Shown here: piece by piece, positions 9,229 to 19,412 of the stretch
How positions within the stretch are numbered: the first letter of the stretch is position 1
How the letters are laid out: every line of letters begins with the position of its first letter
Assembly: GCA_038874655.1 (NCBI GenBank)
Contig: JAVZBY010000003.1
Location: forward strand, 22,718-86,717
Reading direction: 5' to 3'
Source of the DNA: Candidatus Woesearchaeota archaeon
GTDB lineage: Archaea; Nanobdellota; Nanobdellia; Woesearchaeales; GW2011-AR15
DNA length: 64,000 nt
The notes under the pieces: model-generated
Databases searched by the model: none
What the model was told of the DNA's origin: nothing
The model's input: only the letters and a program-made list of their open reading frames with translations
Program-made: the position numbers and the translations under genes

Positions 9229-10659
9229 ATGAATGCAATAGACTTCATAAAAAAAACACAAAATCAAGAAATTAATATAATTGAAAATATAAAAAACACT
9301 TTAAAAGTTTGCAAAGATATAAATTCAGAATACAATTATTTTATTAATTTAAATGAAGAATATACTTTAAAAGAAACTGAAAAATTGTTTTCTGAAACAA
9401 AAAATCTAACAAAAGAACAAATTAAAAACAAAAAACTTTATGGCTTGCCAGTTTCTGTAAAAGATTGCATTTGTGTTAAAGATTTAGAATCTAGAGCAGG
9501 CAGCAAAATTTTAAAAAATTATAAACCGTTTTTTGATGCAACTGTCATAGAAAAAATAAAACAAGAGGGGGCCATTATTTTAGGAAAAACAACACAAGAT
9601 GCTTTTGGATTTGGTTCTTTTAATGTTAATGTTGGGTTAGATGAAAAAATTCCATTAAACCCAATTGACAAAGAAAGAGTAACTGGTGGATCTTCAGGTG
9701 GCTCAGCTGGAATAACTAAAAAATTAAATGAGAAAAAAATTCCACACATAGCAATTGCTGAAAGCACAGGTGGCAGTATTGCTTGTCCTTCTGCTTATTG
9801 CGGTGTTTATGGATTAACTCCTACTTATGGCTTAGTTTCCAGATATGGGTTAATGGATTATGCAAATAGCCTAGACAAAATTGGGATAATGGCAAATGAT
9901 ATAGAAGAAATCTCCTTAATGTTGGAAATAATTGCTGGTTATGATGAAAAAGACAGCACAAGTAAAAAAATTGAAATTCCAAAATATACTAAAAAAACAA
10001 ATTTAAAAAAAGATAATTTCAGAATTGCAATTTTAAAAGAATTTATTAAAAACATTGAGTCTGATGTAAAGAAAAATTTATTTGATACACTAAAAAAAGC
10101 CAATCTTAATTATGAATTAGTTTCTTTGCCATTAACATTTAAATATGGTATACAAACCTATTATTTAATTGCCATCTCAGAAGCCTCAACAAATTTAGCA
10201 AAATTCTCTGGAATAAGATATGGATATGAAAAAGAACTAAAAGGCAACTTTAATGAATATTTCTCAAACATTAGAACAGAAGCATTTTCTAAAGAAGAAA
10301 AACGAAGAATTATTTTAGGAACATTTGCAAGAATGTCAGGATTTAGAGATGCCTTTTATCTAAAAGCTTTAAAAGTAAGAACAAAAATTATTGAAGAATA
10401 CAAAAAATTATTTGAAAATTATGACATATTGATAAGTCCAACAATGCCAAATATTGCTCCAAAATTCTCTGAAATAGAAAAATTAACACCTTTAGAAAAT
10501 TATATGATGGATATAATGACTGTTGGCCCTAATTTAGCAGGATTGCCTCATTTAAGCATGCCTAATGGATTCTCAAAAGGACTTCCTACTTCAATTATGT
10601 TAATAGCAAATCATTTTGAAGAAAAAAGATTAATTGACTTTGCCAGATTATTAAACTAA
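9229..10659 (+). CDS. gatA: Glu/Asp-tRNA amidotransferase subunit A (amidase signature family)
   Basis: GGSSGGSAG amidase signature, Ser-cisSer-Lys context; 476 aa. Confidence 0.9.
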   Translation: MNAIDFIKKTQNQEINIIENIKNTLKVCKDINSEYNYFINLNEEYTLKETEKLFSETKNLTKEQIKNKKLYGLPVSVKDCICVKDLESRAGSKILKNYKPFFDATVIEKIKQEGAIILGKTTQDAFGFGSFNVNVGLDEKIPLNPIDKERVTGGSSGGSAGITKKLNEKKIPHIAIAESTGGSIACPSAYCGVYGLTPTYGLVSRYGLMDYANSLDKIGIMANDIEEISLMLEIIAGYDEKDSTSKKIEIPKYTKKTNLKKDNFRIAILKEFIKNIESDVKKNLFDTLKKANLNYELVSLPLTFKYGIQTYYLIAISEASTNLAKFSGIRYGYEKELKGNFNEYFSNIRTEAFSKEEKRRIILGTFARMSGFRDAFYLKALKVRTKIIEEYKKLFENYDILISPTMPNIAPKFSEIEKLTPLENYMMDIMTVGPNLAGLPHLSMPNGFSKGLPTSIMLIANHFEEKRLIDFARLLN

Positions 10660-10693
10660 AAATAGAAATTTGAATAATAATTGAATTATTAAA

Positions 10694-11491
10694 ATGAAAA
10701 AAATAAAACTTGGATTAGCTCTTGGAAGTGGAGGCGCTCGTGGATATGCCCATATAGGGGTTATAAAAGCCCTATTAGAAAATAATATAAAAGTAGATTA
10801 CATTGCTGGAACTAGTATTGGTAGTATTATTGGTGCTTATTATGCATTATATAATGAAATTGACTCACTAGAGAAATATGTTATAGATTTGCAAAAAAAA
10901 GATTTAATGAAATTAATAGATCTAAATGACCCAAGAAAATCCTTAATAAAAGGAGATAAAATTAAAAATTTTTTAAAACAATTTTTTGATAACAAAAATA
11001 TTGAAGAAACAAAAATTCCTTTTAAGTGTGTTGCAACTTCACTCCAAACTGGGAAAGCAATTATTTTTGATAAAGGAAATATAATAGATGCTGTAATGGC
11101 TTCTAGTTCTATTCCTGGAATTTTCATGCCCGTCAAATATAATAACCAAGATTTAGTTGATGGTGGTTTAGCTGATGGCTTACCCATTGACATTGTAAAA
11201 GAAATGGGTTCTGATGTCATAATTGGCGTTGATTTATATGGTTTTGATTATGAAGAAAAGAATTATGAAAAAAGCAAAGATGTGTTTGAAAGAACCTATC
11301 AATTATTATTGTCAAAATTATCTTATTTTTATGAAAAAGAATACTCAAACAAAGTAATTGTTTTAAGACCTAAAATAAAGCACGGATTTAGCACATTTGC
11401 ATTTTACGATGCTAAAGATAAAATTCAAGTTGGTTATGATGAAGCAATAAATAACATGCAAAAAATAAAAAAATTATTAAAAAGAAAATGA
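10694..11491 (+). CDS. Patatin-like phospholipase
   Basis: GSGGARGYAHIGV (Gly-rich oxyanion motif), GTSIGS (GxSxG) and DGG(L) catalytic Asp motif. Confidence 0.8.
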   Translation: MKKIKLGLALGSGGARGYAHIGVIKALLENNIKVDYIAGTSIGSIIGAYYALYNEIDSLEKYVIDLQKKDLMKLIDLNDPRKSLIKGDKIKNFLKQFFDNKNIEETKIPFKCVATSLQTGKAIIFDKGNIIDAVMASSSIPGIFMPVKYNNQDLVDGGLADGLPIDIVKEMGSDVIIGVDLYGFDYEEKNYEKSKDVFERTYQLLLSKLSYFYEKEYSNKVIVLRPKIKHGFSTFAFYDAKDKIQVGYDEAINNMQKIKKLLKRK

Positions 11492-13005
11492 AAAACAATA
11501 AAGAATTATTTAATAAAGAAACAATTTTTGATAAAAATATAATAATTGGTTTAGAAATACATGTAGAATTAAATACAGAAACAAAATTGTTTTGCTCATG
11601 TTCTAGAAAACCTATCAATTTAAATGAAAACAACACAGAAAAATTAAATCAACCTAACACAAGAACATGTGAAATTTGTTTAGGAATGCCAGGAAGTAAG
11701 CCAAAAGTAAATAAAAAAGCAATAGAATATGCTTTAAAAATAGCAAAAGCATTAAATTGCAATATTGCTGATGATGTAATTTTTTCAAGAAAAACCTATT
11801 TTTATCCAGATATGGCAAAAAATTTTCAAATAACTCAATATGAAAATCCAATTGGACAAAATGGTTTTATTAATTTAAATCTTAAAGATAAAAACAATAT
11901 TAATAATTACTACATAAAAAAAATTAGAATAAAAAGAGTTCATTTAGAAGAAGATCCTGCTTCCTTAATTCATCCTGCGGGAATTGATAAATCAAACTAT
12001 GTATTGATTGATTATAATAGAAGCGGAAATCCCCTAGTTGAAATTGTAACAGAACCAGATATAAATTCTAGTGAAGAAGCCAGATTATTTTTAAAAAAAT
12101 TATCAACCATTTTAGATTATTTAAATGTTTATGATAAAACTTGTATAATGAAAGCAGATGCTAACATATCAATAAAAGAATCTGTTTATGTAAGAACAGA
12201 AATAAAAAACATAAACGGCTTTAAAGACATACAAGATGCATTAGATTATGAAATTCTAAGACAGAAGCATGAAATTAAAGAGGGAAAAAAATTATTCCAA
12301 GAAACAAGAGCTTATGATTCAGAAAATAAAATAACCTTTTCTCTAAGAAAAAAAGAAACTGAAGAAGATTATGGTTATATTTTTGAGCCAGATTTAGTGC
12401 CCATTGAAACAAAATTATTCAAAATTGAACTTCCTGAATTACCAGATGAAAAAATTGAGACCTATACAAAAAAATATAATCTTCCCTATGAAGATGCTGA
12501 AATAATTGCTAATGAAAAAAAACTAGCAGAATTATTTGAAAAAACAATAGATGAAAAAAATACTGAAAAAATTAACCAAAAAATAAATCCAGAATTAGCC
12601 GCAAAATGGATTAGAAGAGAAATTATCAGAGTGCTAAATTATAATAAGATAGAAATTTCAGATTTAAACATAAATGAAAATGAATTCATAAAATTACTCT
12701 ATTTTTTACAAAGCAATAAGATAACAGAAAAAACCGCTCAGAAGATAATTGAAATTTTGGCAATAAAAGAGATTGATGTTGAAAAATACATAAAAGAAAA
12801 TAATTTAGAAGTTTTAAAAGATTCAAACTTAGTTGATAATTTTTGTAAAGAAGCTATTAATGAAAATCCAAATGCTGTTAATGATTTTAAAAAAGGAAAA
12901 CAAGAAGCATTAAATTTTTTATTAGGGGGTGTGATGAAAAAAGCAAAAGGAAAAGTCGATGCTAAAGAAGTAAGGGAAAAATTAATAGCAATGCTAAATG
13001 ATTAA
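11488..13005 (+). CDS. gatB: Glu/Asp-tRNA amidotransferase subunit B
   Basis: IGLEIHVELNTETKLFCSC N-terminal GatB signature; C-terminal GatB/YqeY-type tail; start overlaps the patatin stop (ATGA). Confidence 0.85.
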   Translation: MKNNKELFNKETIFDKNIIIGLEIHVELNTETKLFCSCSRKPINLNENNTEKLNQPNTRTCEICLGMPGSKPKVNKKAIEYALKIAKALNCNIADDVIFSRKTYFYPDMAKNFQITQYENPIGQNGFINLNLKDKNNINNYYIKKIRIKRVHLEEDPASLIHPAGIDKSNYVLIDYNRSGNPLVEIVTEPDINSSEEARLFLKKLSTILDYLNVYDKTCIMKADANISIKESVYVRTEIKNINGFKDIQDALDYEILRQKHEIKEGKKLFQETRAYDSENKITFSLRKKETEEDYGYIFEPDLVPIETKLFKIELPELPDEKIETYTKKYNLPYEDAEIIANEKKLAELFEKTIDEKNTEKINQKINPELAAKWIRREIIRVLNYNKIEISDLNINENEFIKLLYFLQSNKITEKTAQKIIEILAIKEIDVEKYIKENNLEVLKDSNLVDNFCKEAINENPNAVNDFKKGKQEALNFLLGGVMKKAKGKVDAKEVREKLIAMLND

Positions 13006-13043
13006 GTTTAAATGATTAAATTTAAATCTAAAAAATAAAAATT

Positions 13044-13436
13044 TCATTTTTGTTTGGGCCCGTTTTGTCCACCTTTTCTCTTATCTGGTGTTGATTTTGG
13101 TATTTTTGAGCCACTTCCAAGACTATTGCCTGCATGTCCATTTCCTGGAGTTTTTATAGTCCCTTGATTTTTTTTAGAAAATAAAGCTCCAAAACTTAAA
13201 TCCACAAAACCATTATTATACAAAGAGGTTTTATATCTTTCATAAAAATAGGAAAGATTTAAAATAAAATTTTCGATAGAAGTCTTATAAATTTCTAATA
13301 ATTTATTATAAAAATTTACTGAATATATCCTTATAGTTTCAGTCACTTTATTTATACTATGAACACACTCATATAATTGATATTCTATTATTTGAGAAAG
13401 GTTACTGGGTTTTTCATTTATATATAACATAGCCAC
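13044..13436 (-). CDS. Hypothetical protein with a Gly/Pro/Lys-rich C-terminal tail
   Basis: ORF only; convergent with gatB. Confidence 0.3.
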   Translation of the reverse strand: MAMLYINEKPSNLSQIIEYQLYECVHSINKVTETIRIYSVNFYNKLLEIYKTSIENFILNLSYFYERYKTSLYNNGFVDLSFGALFSKKNQGTIKTPGNGHAGNSLGSGSKIPKSTPDKRKGGQNGPKQK

Positions 13437-13737
13437 TTGGAAATAAAAAAAATTTTTAAATTTAACTAACGAATTGACCTAAGATAGTATTGTTTATATA
13501 CTAATTCTTTTCTTAATATTAAAGAGGTGAATAGATGGCAAGAAAAGCAAGAAGCTTTCCAAAAAGAAAAGAATCACTAAATCAAAGACTTGAAATATTC
13601 AGCATTCAACACAACTTTATTGAAAAGAAAAAAGGAAAAACCCCTGCTATGTTAGAAGGTTTGATAAACAAACCTCTAACTTGGAATTCCTTTTTTTGTA
13701 TTAAATTAACAACATTAATTTAGGTCAGTCCGATTAA

Positions 13738-14454
13738 CTAAATAAGCCAACTTAACGCTTCAAACAAATAATCCAAAATACCCCAAGAAACAACTTTATA
13801 AACAAAGGTTATTATTAAATTCTTAAATAAAACAAATAAAACAAAAGTAATTATGAAATTTATTTTTGTATCTTTTAATGCCTTTGAAAATATTTCTTTT
13901 ACTTGTTTTATTGTATAATCTTTTTTATGAGTTAAAACATCTAAAAGAAGTAAAATATAATAGTTTAAATGATGCAAAAACCATAAAAAAGTCAAGAAAA
14001 ATAAATTATCTCGTAATTCTTTATTTTTTCTAGCCACAAAAAGCAATAAAAAAGGCGCAATATATTGCCCGATAAAACCTAATGCCCTTGATTTTAAAAC
14101 ACTATATTTCTCTGATTTTCTGTTCTCTTCTTCGTATAAGCCAGTAATTCCTCTAAAATAAGATATATAAATAAAAAGAAACCATCCTAATAAAATATTC
14201 TCTTGAAAAAGCATCATAATTGCAAAAGCCAGAAACATATCTTCTTTATAATATGCTTTTTTAAAAATAGATAAAATAATAATTAAAACAACTAGAGCAA
14301 CTAAATTTTTCCAATGCAAACCAAAGTATAATTTTAATAGTAATCCCCAAAAACCTAACTCTATAAAATGCTCAAAAGCCTCTCCAAAAAAATGTCTAAC
14401 AAAAGGAAACAACTTTTCTTTTAATTTTTCTCTAAAATTTAGTGAGATGATCAT
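13738..14454 (-). CDS. Polytopic membrane protein, unknown function
   Basis: 238 aa with about 6-7 hydrophobic segments. Confidence 0.45.
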   Translation of the reverse strand: MIISLNFREKLKEKLFPFVRHFFGEAFEHFIELGFWGLLLKLYFGLHWKNLVALVVLIIILSIFKKAYYKEDMFLAFAIMMLFQENILLGWFLFIYISYFRGITGLYEEENRKSEKYSVLKSRALGFIGQYIAPFLLLFVARKNKELRDNLFFLTFLWFLHHLNYYILLLLDVLTHKKDYTIKQVKEIFSKALKDTKINFIITFVLFVLFKNLIITFVYKVVSWGILDYLFEALSWLI

Positions 14455-14496
14455 TTCATAATAAATTAATTAAACCTAATATAAAAATATTATTTT

Positions 14497-14550
14497 TATC
14501 ATACTTTATATGATAAATAAAAGAAAAAATATCATACTTTATATGATAAA
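14497..14550. promoter_or_regulatory. Two perfect 21-bp direct repeats (TATCATACTTTATATGATAAA), each with an internal inverted repeat ATCATA/TATGAT, in a divergent intergenic region
   Basis: Seen directly at 14497-14517 and 14530-14550; lies between the minus-strand gene ending at 14454 and the alaX start at 14626. Confidence 0.4.
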
Positions 14551-14625
14551 ATAAAACATTTTATATAAAATTTTGAGGCTTTTTTAAAAAAAATATTTAT
14601 AAAACAATTTTCTTTTTAATTTAAA

Positions 14626-15870
14626 ATGACTTATTTTAAACCATTTTTATTTGAATTTAAATCAATAGTAAAAAACATAAAAAAAGAAAATAATTTTTTA
14701 TTAGTTGAATTTAATGATACAATATTTTATCCTGGTGGTGGAGGTCAACCTCATGATACAGGAATAATAAAAAATAATAATTTTGAAGGCAATGTTGTTG
14801 AAGTTTTTAAAGAGAGTAATAAAGACAATAATGAAAAAGAAAAAATTTTACATAAAATAAAACCCATAAGAGGCACTTTAAACATAAATGATGAAGTTGA
14901 TTTAATTCTTAACAAAGAAAGAAGAATCAGCCTAATAAAAATGCACACTGGTGAGCACATCTTATTCAAAAGCTTGGAAATTACTCTTGGAGAAATTAAA
15001 TTAAACAAAATTGATTTAGATGAAAAAGAAAGTTCTTTGTTTATATTTTATGATAAAGAACTAAATTGGGATTTATTGTTTAAAGCTGAGGAATTAGCAA
15101 ATAAAATAATTAAAGAAGATAGAGAGATTATTGAAAAAGAATATCCTAAAACAGATGCTGTTATGATGGAAAAAATAAGAATAAAACCAGAAAGAATAAA
15201 AAATGACTTTGTTAGAGTTATTGAAATTAAGGACTTTGATTATTCTGCTTGCACAGGAACACATGCTTTTAATACTGGCTTTGTGGAAAATATTTTAATC
15301 ACAAAATTCAATAAAGATAAACAAGGATATGAAATTAGATTCACAACTGGTGAAAATGCAAAAAAATATTTATTTGAAATGTCTAAAACAGCAAGAATTT
15401 CTAGTTTTTTATTAGAAACTGATTTGATTAATGTTCCTACACATATAAAAAAAATAAAAGAAGAATCCGAAAACTACAAAGAAAAATTTAGGCAAATTTC
15501 TTATAAAGCATTAGACAATTATCATATAGAAGAACTAAATTATAAAAACAAAAAGGTAAAATTTATATATAAAATTACAGAAAATATAGAAAAAAAGCAA
15601 TTAATTGACAAATCAAATGAAATAAAAGAAAATAATAATCAATCAATTATTTGCTTTATAAACGAAAATCAAAACTCAGACAAAGCAGAAATACTATTAA
15701 CTTGTACTGATGATTTAGAGATAAATATTCCAGAATTACTGAAAAAATCAATAGAGCAATATAATGGCAAAGGCGGTGGAAAAGACAAATTTGCAATGGG
15801 AAGTTTTGATTTAAAAAATATAGAAGATGTTATTAAACTAATTAAACAGCATATAAATGGATTAAAATGA
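14626..15870 (+). CDS. alaX: AlaX-L-type alanyl-tRNA editing protein (AlaRS second additional domain plus DHHA1)
   Basis: MHTGEHILF (HxxxH zinc motif of the Ala/Thr-RS editing domain) and C-terminal KGGGKDKFAMG (DHHA1 GGG motif). Confidence 0.65.
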   Translation: MTYFKPFLFEFKSIVKNIKKENNFLLVEFNDTIFYPGGGGQPHDTGIIKNNNFEGNVVEVFKESNKDNNEKEKILHKIKPIRGTLNINDEVDLILNKERRISLIKMHTGEHILFKSLEITLGEIKLNKIDLDEKESSLFIFYDKELNWDLLFKAEELANKIIKEDREIIEKEYPKTDAVMMEKIRIKPERIKNDFVRVIEIKDFDYSACTGTHAFNTGFVENILITKFNKDKQGYEIRFTTGENAKKYLFEMSKTARISSFLLETDLINVPTHIKKIKEESENYKEKFRQISYKALDNYHIEELNYKNKKVKFIYKITENIEKKQLIDKSNEIKENNNQSIICFINENQNSDKAEILLTCTDDLEINIPELLKKSIEQYNGKGGGKDKFAMGSFDLKNIEDVIKLIKQHINGLK

Positions 15871-16316
15871 ATATTTATTATTTTTTTTCAAAAGAAATTG
15901 TCTTCAAAAAAGATCCTATAGGGGGTTGGAGAGATTTGAAACGTTATAGTGAAGTCAGTGATCTTGTTTCTCGTTTTCAAGATCCATATGAAACAATTGA
16001 AAATAAATTAACCGCTTTAGAAACTTTACAAACAAAAGGCTTTTTACCATATGGCCTATTAATGATTTCTTCTAATGAAAATGAAATAAATAAAATAGTT
16101 GAACAATACAAAAAAGAAGCTTATTTCAAAATTGAAATCAACTTGAATCCAAATTTTGTTTTTTCATCAGCCATAAATGTAGCTATCACCTTAAAAATAC
16201 CATTAAAGATGTCCAATAATAAAAATTATGTGTTTATACCCTTACTCGCAAAGGATATATTTACTTTTTTAGAATTAGTACAACAATATTCTAATAATCT
16301 GCCAAGATTAAATTAA
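15867..16316 (+). CDS. Hypothetical protein
   Basis: ORF; start overlaps the alaX stop. Confidence 0.35.
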   Translation: MNIYYFFSKEIVFKKDPIGGWRDLKRYSEVSDLVSRFQDPYETIENKLTALETLQTKGFLPYGLLMISSNENEINKIVEQYKKEAYFKIEINLNPNFVFSSAINVAITLKIPLKMSNNKNYVFIPLLAKDIFTFLELVQQYSNNLPRLN

Positions 16317-17498
16317 CTTATCCATCTCCTCTTTTATTCTTGCTTCATATTGATATTTAGTTTCTCCTTCTTTTTTTTCAGAACTTAAAAAATGCATCAT
16401 GTTTTTTATTAATTTTATTTGTTTTTCTTTTGTGAAATTTTTAAAAACTGGTTGTTGCTCTATTAATGTATTTTCAACATCTAAAGTGTTAGAAGCTTCT
16501 ATTTTTATTTCTTCATATTCCTTTGTAGATAAACCATTAGTATTTCTCATTACAAAATAAGCTCCATTTAAAAAATCATAAATCTTTTTCCATTCAATAT
16601 CACTAGGTTTTCCACTTTCCAAAACACCATAAACCCTTATTAAAACCAAAGTATTGTAAAATTCATTTCCTTTTATTTTATCTAAAATTTCATTTGTAAT
16701 TAATTCTGGTGTTTTATGTGTTGCATTAATAGTTATTGTAAAAACATTTTTTATATTGATATTTTCCCTTATTAAATTTCCATTATCATAAATATAAAAG
16801 CCACCTCCTTTTAATTCTTCTAATTCATGAAAATTATTTGGAAATAAAGGCCCAGGATAAACAATATTTTTATATCCTTGTAAATCTACTTTTTCAATAA
16901 TATGAACATGACCACCTGCATAGTAATCAAAATTTTTTGGTAAATAAGAAATGCCAAAAGATTCCATTTTATCCATGTTTTTTGGCTTCAACTCTGTAAT
17001 AGCAGAATGAAACATGAATATTTTAAAACCATCTTCTTTTTCCAAATGCTCCAAATCTAAATCTTCATAATACAATTTTTCTAATTGTCCTTTTCTACCT
17101 AGCATTCCTGTTATTTTCGCTCCTGTTTTTTTGTCAATGGTAAATTTTAATCTTAATTTCTTATTTATAACTTCACCTTTAACAACATTAACACATAAAC
17201 CAGCTTCTTCTAAAACATCTAACATTGTTTTTCCACTAGGAGAATAATCATGGCTACCTGCTATCAAATAAACATTTATGTTTTTTTCTTTTAATTCACG
17301 AAACTTTTTAACAACATCTTTTATATTATTTATACTTGGAATTGCATTATTAAACAAATCACCTGAAATTAAAATAAAATCAACTTCTTTTTTTATAGAA
17401 ATATCAATTGCTTTGAAAAATGCTTCTGTGTTTAGCTCTTTTAATTTATCCTCTCGCCAAGAACCTATATGACAATCTGCTAAATGACTGAATCTCAT
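16308..17498 (-). CDS. mre11: Mre11/SbcD-family DNA double-strand break repair nuclease (calcineurin-like phosphoesterase)
   Basis: Phosphoesterase motifs I FSHLADCHIG, II ISGDLFN and III IAGSHD, plus GGHVH later; 396 aa. Confidence 0.75.
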   Translation of the reverse strand: MRFSHLADCHIGSWREDKLKELNTEAFFKAIDISIKKEVDFILISGDLFNNAIPSINNIKDVVKKFRELKEKNINVYLIAGSHDYSPSGKTMLDVLEEAGLCVNVVKGEVINKKLRLKFTIDKKTGAKITGMLGRKGQLEKLYYEDLDLEHLEKEDGFKIFMFHSAITELKPKNMDKMESFGISYLPKNFDYYAGGHVHIIEKVDLQGYKNIVYPGPLFPNNFHELEELKGGGFYIYDNGNLIRENINIKNVFTITINATHKTPELITNEILDKIKGNEFYNTLVLIRVYGVLESGKPSDIEWKKIYDFLNGAYFVMRNTNGLSTKEYEEIKIEASNTLDVENTLIEQQPVFKNFTKEKQIKLIKNMMHFLSSEKKEGETKYQYEARIKEEMDKLI

Positions 17499-17594
17499 AT
17501 TATAAATAAATAAAACAAAATATTTAAAATTAATTAATAAAAAAACAATGAATTAATAAAAAAATATAAAAAAAATTATAAATAATAAAAGATA

Positions 17595-19412
17595 TCAACA
17601 ACTAGAATATTTTTTAAGTAAATTGAAAATTTCTTGTTTATCTGTTTCTGTTCCTGGAAAATAATTATCTGCCCAATACATTAACTCATTAAAAGCTTTA
17701 TCAAAACACCAACCATCAACTTTCATTCTATACAAAGCAATTGCTAATCCTGTTCTATGTTGTCCATATTTACAATGCACAAAAATTGGATAATTATCTG
17801 AATCTTGCAAAACACTTAAAACATTATTCATCCAAGATTCTTTTGCTCCTGGATAAGGCAAATGTATATATTCTAAACCTGCTTTCTTTGCAATATAACT
17901 ATTATCAATACCTTGTAAATCTAAAACAGTTTTATAACCTTTTGAAGCTAACCATTGATATCCTAATTGTGAGGGTTGTGCTCCTGCTGCTATATTACTA
18001 TTAATCTCTCTAAACAAAACTATATTTTCATTATTAGATAAAGTAGATAATTGAGTGTATTTATTTTTTGGAATATCATCAAAATCAACATAATCTATTT
18101 TTAGATTTGGAAAATTTAAAACAAAACTAAATTGTGAAGGCAACTTTTCAGCCCAAACTCCAAAATGATTAGCAACTGCTCTCTCAGAACCATCTGACAA
18201 GGTATTTATTATTCTAGGCACACTATTTTCTTCTATAACCAATGTTGTTGAACCTCCACCATCCATATTAATCATATTTGTGCTTCCATATTTCAAATGA
18301 ATTTCTCCTAACTCTAATGCAGAAACCCCTTCACTAATTCCTGGATTTCTGCCATCAACAACAATTATATTAAGCCATTTTTCATTTTCATCTAACCCAA
18401 TTGAAGTTCTTGGATTTAAATAATCATAACCCTCTTTATGTTGTGGATTTCCTTTATAAAATCTATCTAAAATTTTTCCATTTTCAATAATATGATTAAA
18501 TCCTGAGATTGCATATTTATAATTATTAGGCATGTTTGGCATCATATATATTTGATTATCCTCGCTAACAAACAAAGTTACATCTGGTTTAAACTCAGGA
18601 TTAGAATAAGGTTTTCCATCATAAGCAGCAAAGCCATTTACCTCATTTGTATTGCCTATATCAAAACCACCTCCATTTATTGCTAATTGTAAATTATTTT
18701 GTCTTAAAAAATCAGAAGTTGTCATTACATTAGGCGCTATTTTAGGAGTAACATAAAATCTTAATGTTGGATCATACAAATCAACCTTAACCACAAAAAT
18801 GTGTAAAGGTCTTGGATCATTAATTTCTTCATATTTATAAAAAATTCCTCTATAAATAGGGTTAAATCCTACTAAATTTTTTGGTATGTAATCTTTTGAA
18901 TATTTTAAATCTATAACTTTATTTTTTAACTCCAATTTTTGATTTTCATATTTTATTGTTAAATTTGTATTTAATTCTGTTATTATCAAAATTTTCTCTT
19001 CCTCATCCAGATATGTTTTAGTTAAATTAATATCAAAAAAAGTATATTCAATATTCAAACCTTTTTTTTTAAAATCCTCAACATTTAAACATTCATTAAA
19101 CTTTTTTTCTAGATAATATTCTAACTGCTCATCCAAATAATTAAGACCATATCTCTCTATTGTTTTTTCTGTTGAAATTTTTAAACATTGTTGAACAGAA
19201 AACTCAAATGAATTCTTTAATGCTGTAAAATCAAAATTTCGGTTATTTTGAGTTGCTTTTTTAAATAATGCTCTATTAAATAATATGAACAATAGTAAAA
19301 TAAACAAACCTATAATTATAAATAAGGTTATTTGAGTTTTTTTGTTAAATATTTTTTTAGTGGACATAATAATATTAAACAACAACTTATTAAAATAACT
19401 TATTAAAAACAT
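17595..19412 (-). CDS. Membrane-anchored protein with a central DGGGS-containing domain and a C-terminal Cys-based (CX5R) protein phosphatase domain
   Basis: N-terminal hydrophobic helix ITLFIIIGLFILLLFILF; NMDGGGSTTL motif; C-terminal VHCKYGQHRTGLAIALY (the HCxxGxxR active-site motif of tyrosine/dual-specificity phosphatases). Confidence 0.55.
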   Translation of the reverse strand: MFLISYFNKLLFNIIMSTKKIFNKKTQITLFIIIGLFILLLFILFNRALFKKATQNNRNFDFTALKNSFEFSVQQCLKISTEKTIERYGLNYLDEQLEYYLEKKFNECLNVEDFKKKGLNIEYTFFDINLTKTYLDEEEKILIITELNTNLTIKYENQKLELKNKVIDLKYSKDYIPKNLVGFNPIYRGIFYKYEEINDPRPLHIFVVKVDLYDPTLRFYVTPKIAPNVMTTSDFLRQNNLQLAINGGGFDIGNTNEVNGFAAYDGKPYSNPEFKPDVTLFVSEDNQIYMMPNMPNNYKYAISGFNHIIENGKILDRFYKGNPQHKEGYDYLNPRTSIGLDENEKWLNIIVVDGRNPGISEGVSALELGEIHLKYGSTNMINMDGGGSTTLVIEENSVPRIINTLSDGSERAVANHFGVWAEKLPSQFSFVLNFPNLKIDYVDFDDIPKNKYTQLSTLSNNENIVLFREINSNIAAGAQPSQLGYQWLASKGYKTVLDLQGIDNSYIAKKAGLEYIHLPYPGAKESWMNNVLSVLQDSDNYPIFVHCKYGQHRTGLAIALYRMKVDGWCFDKAFNELMYWADNYFPGTETDKQEIFNLLKKYSSC

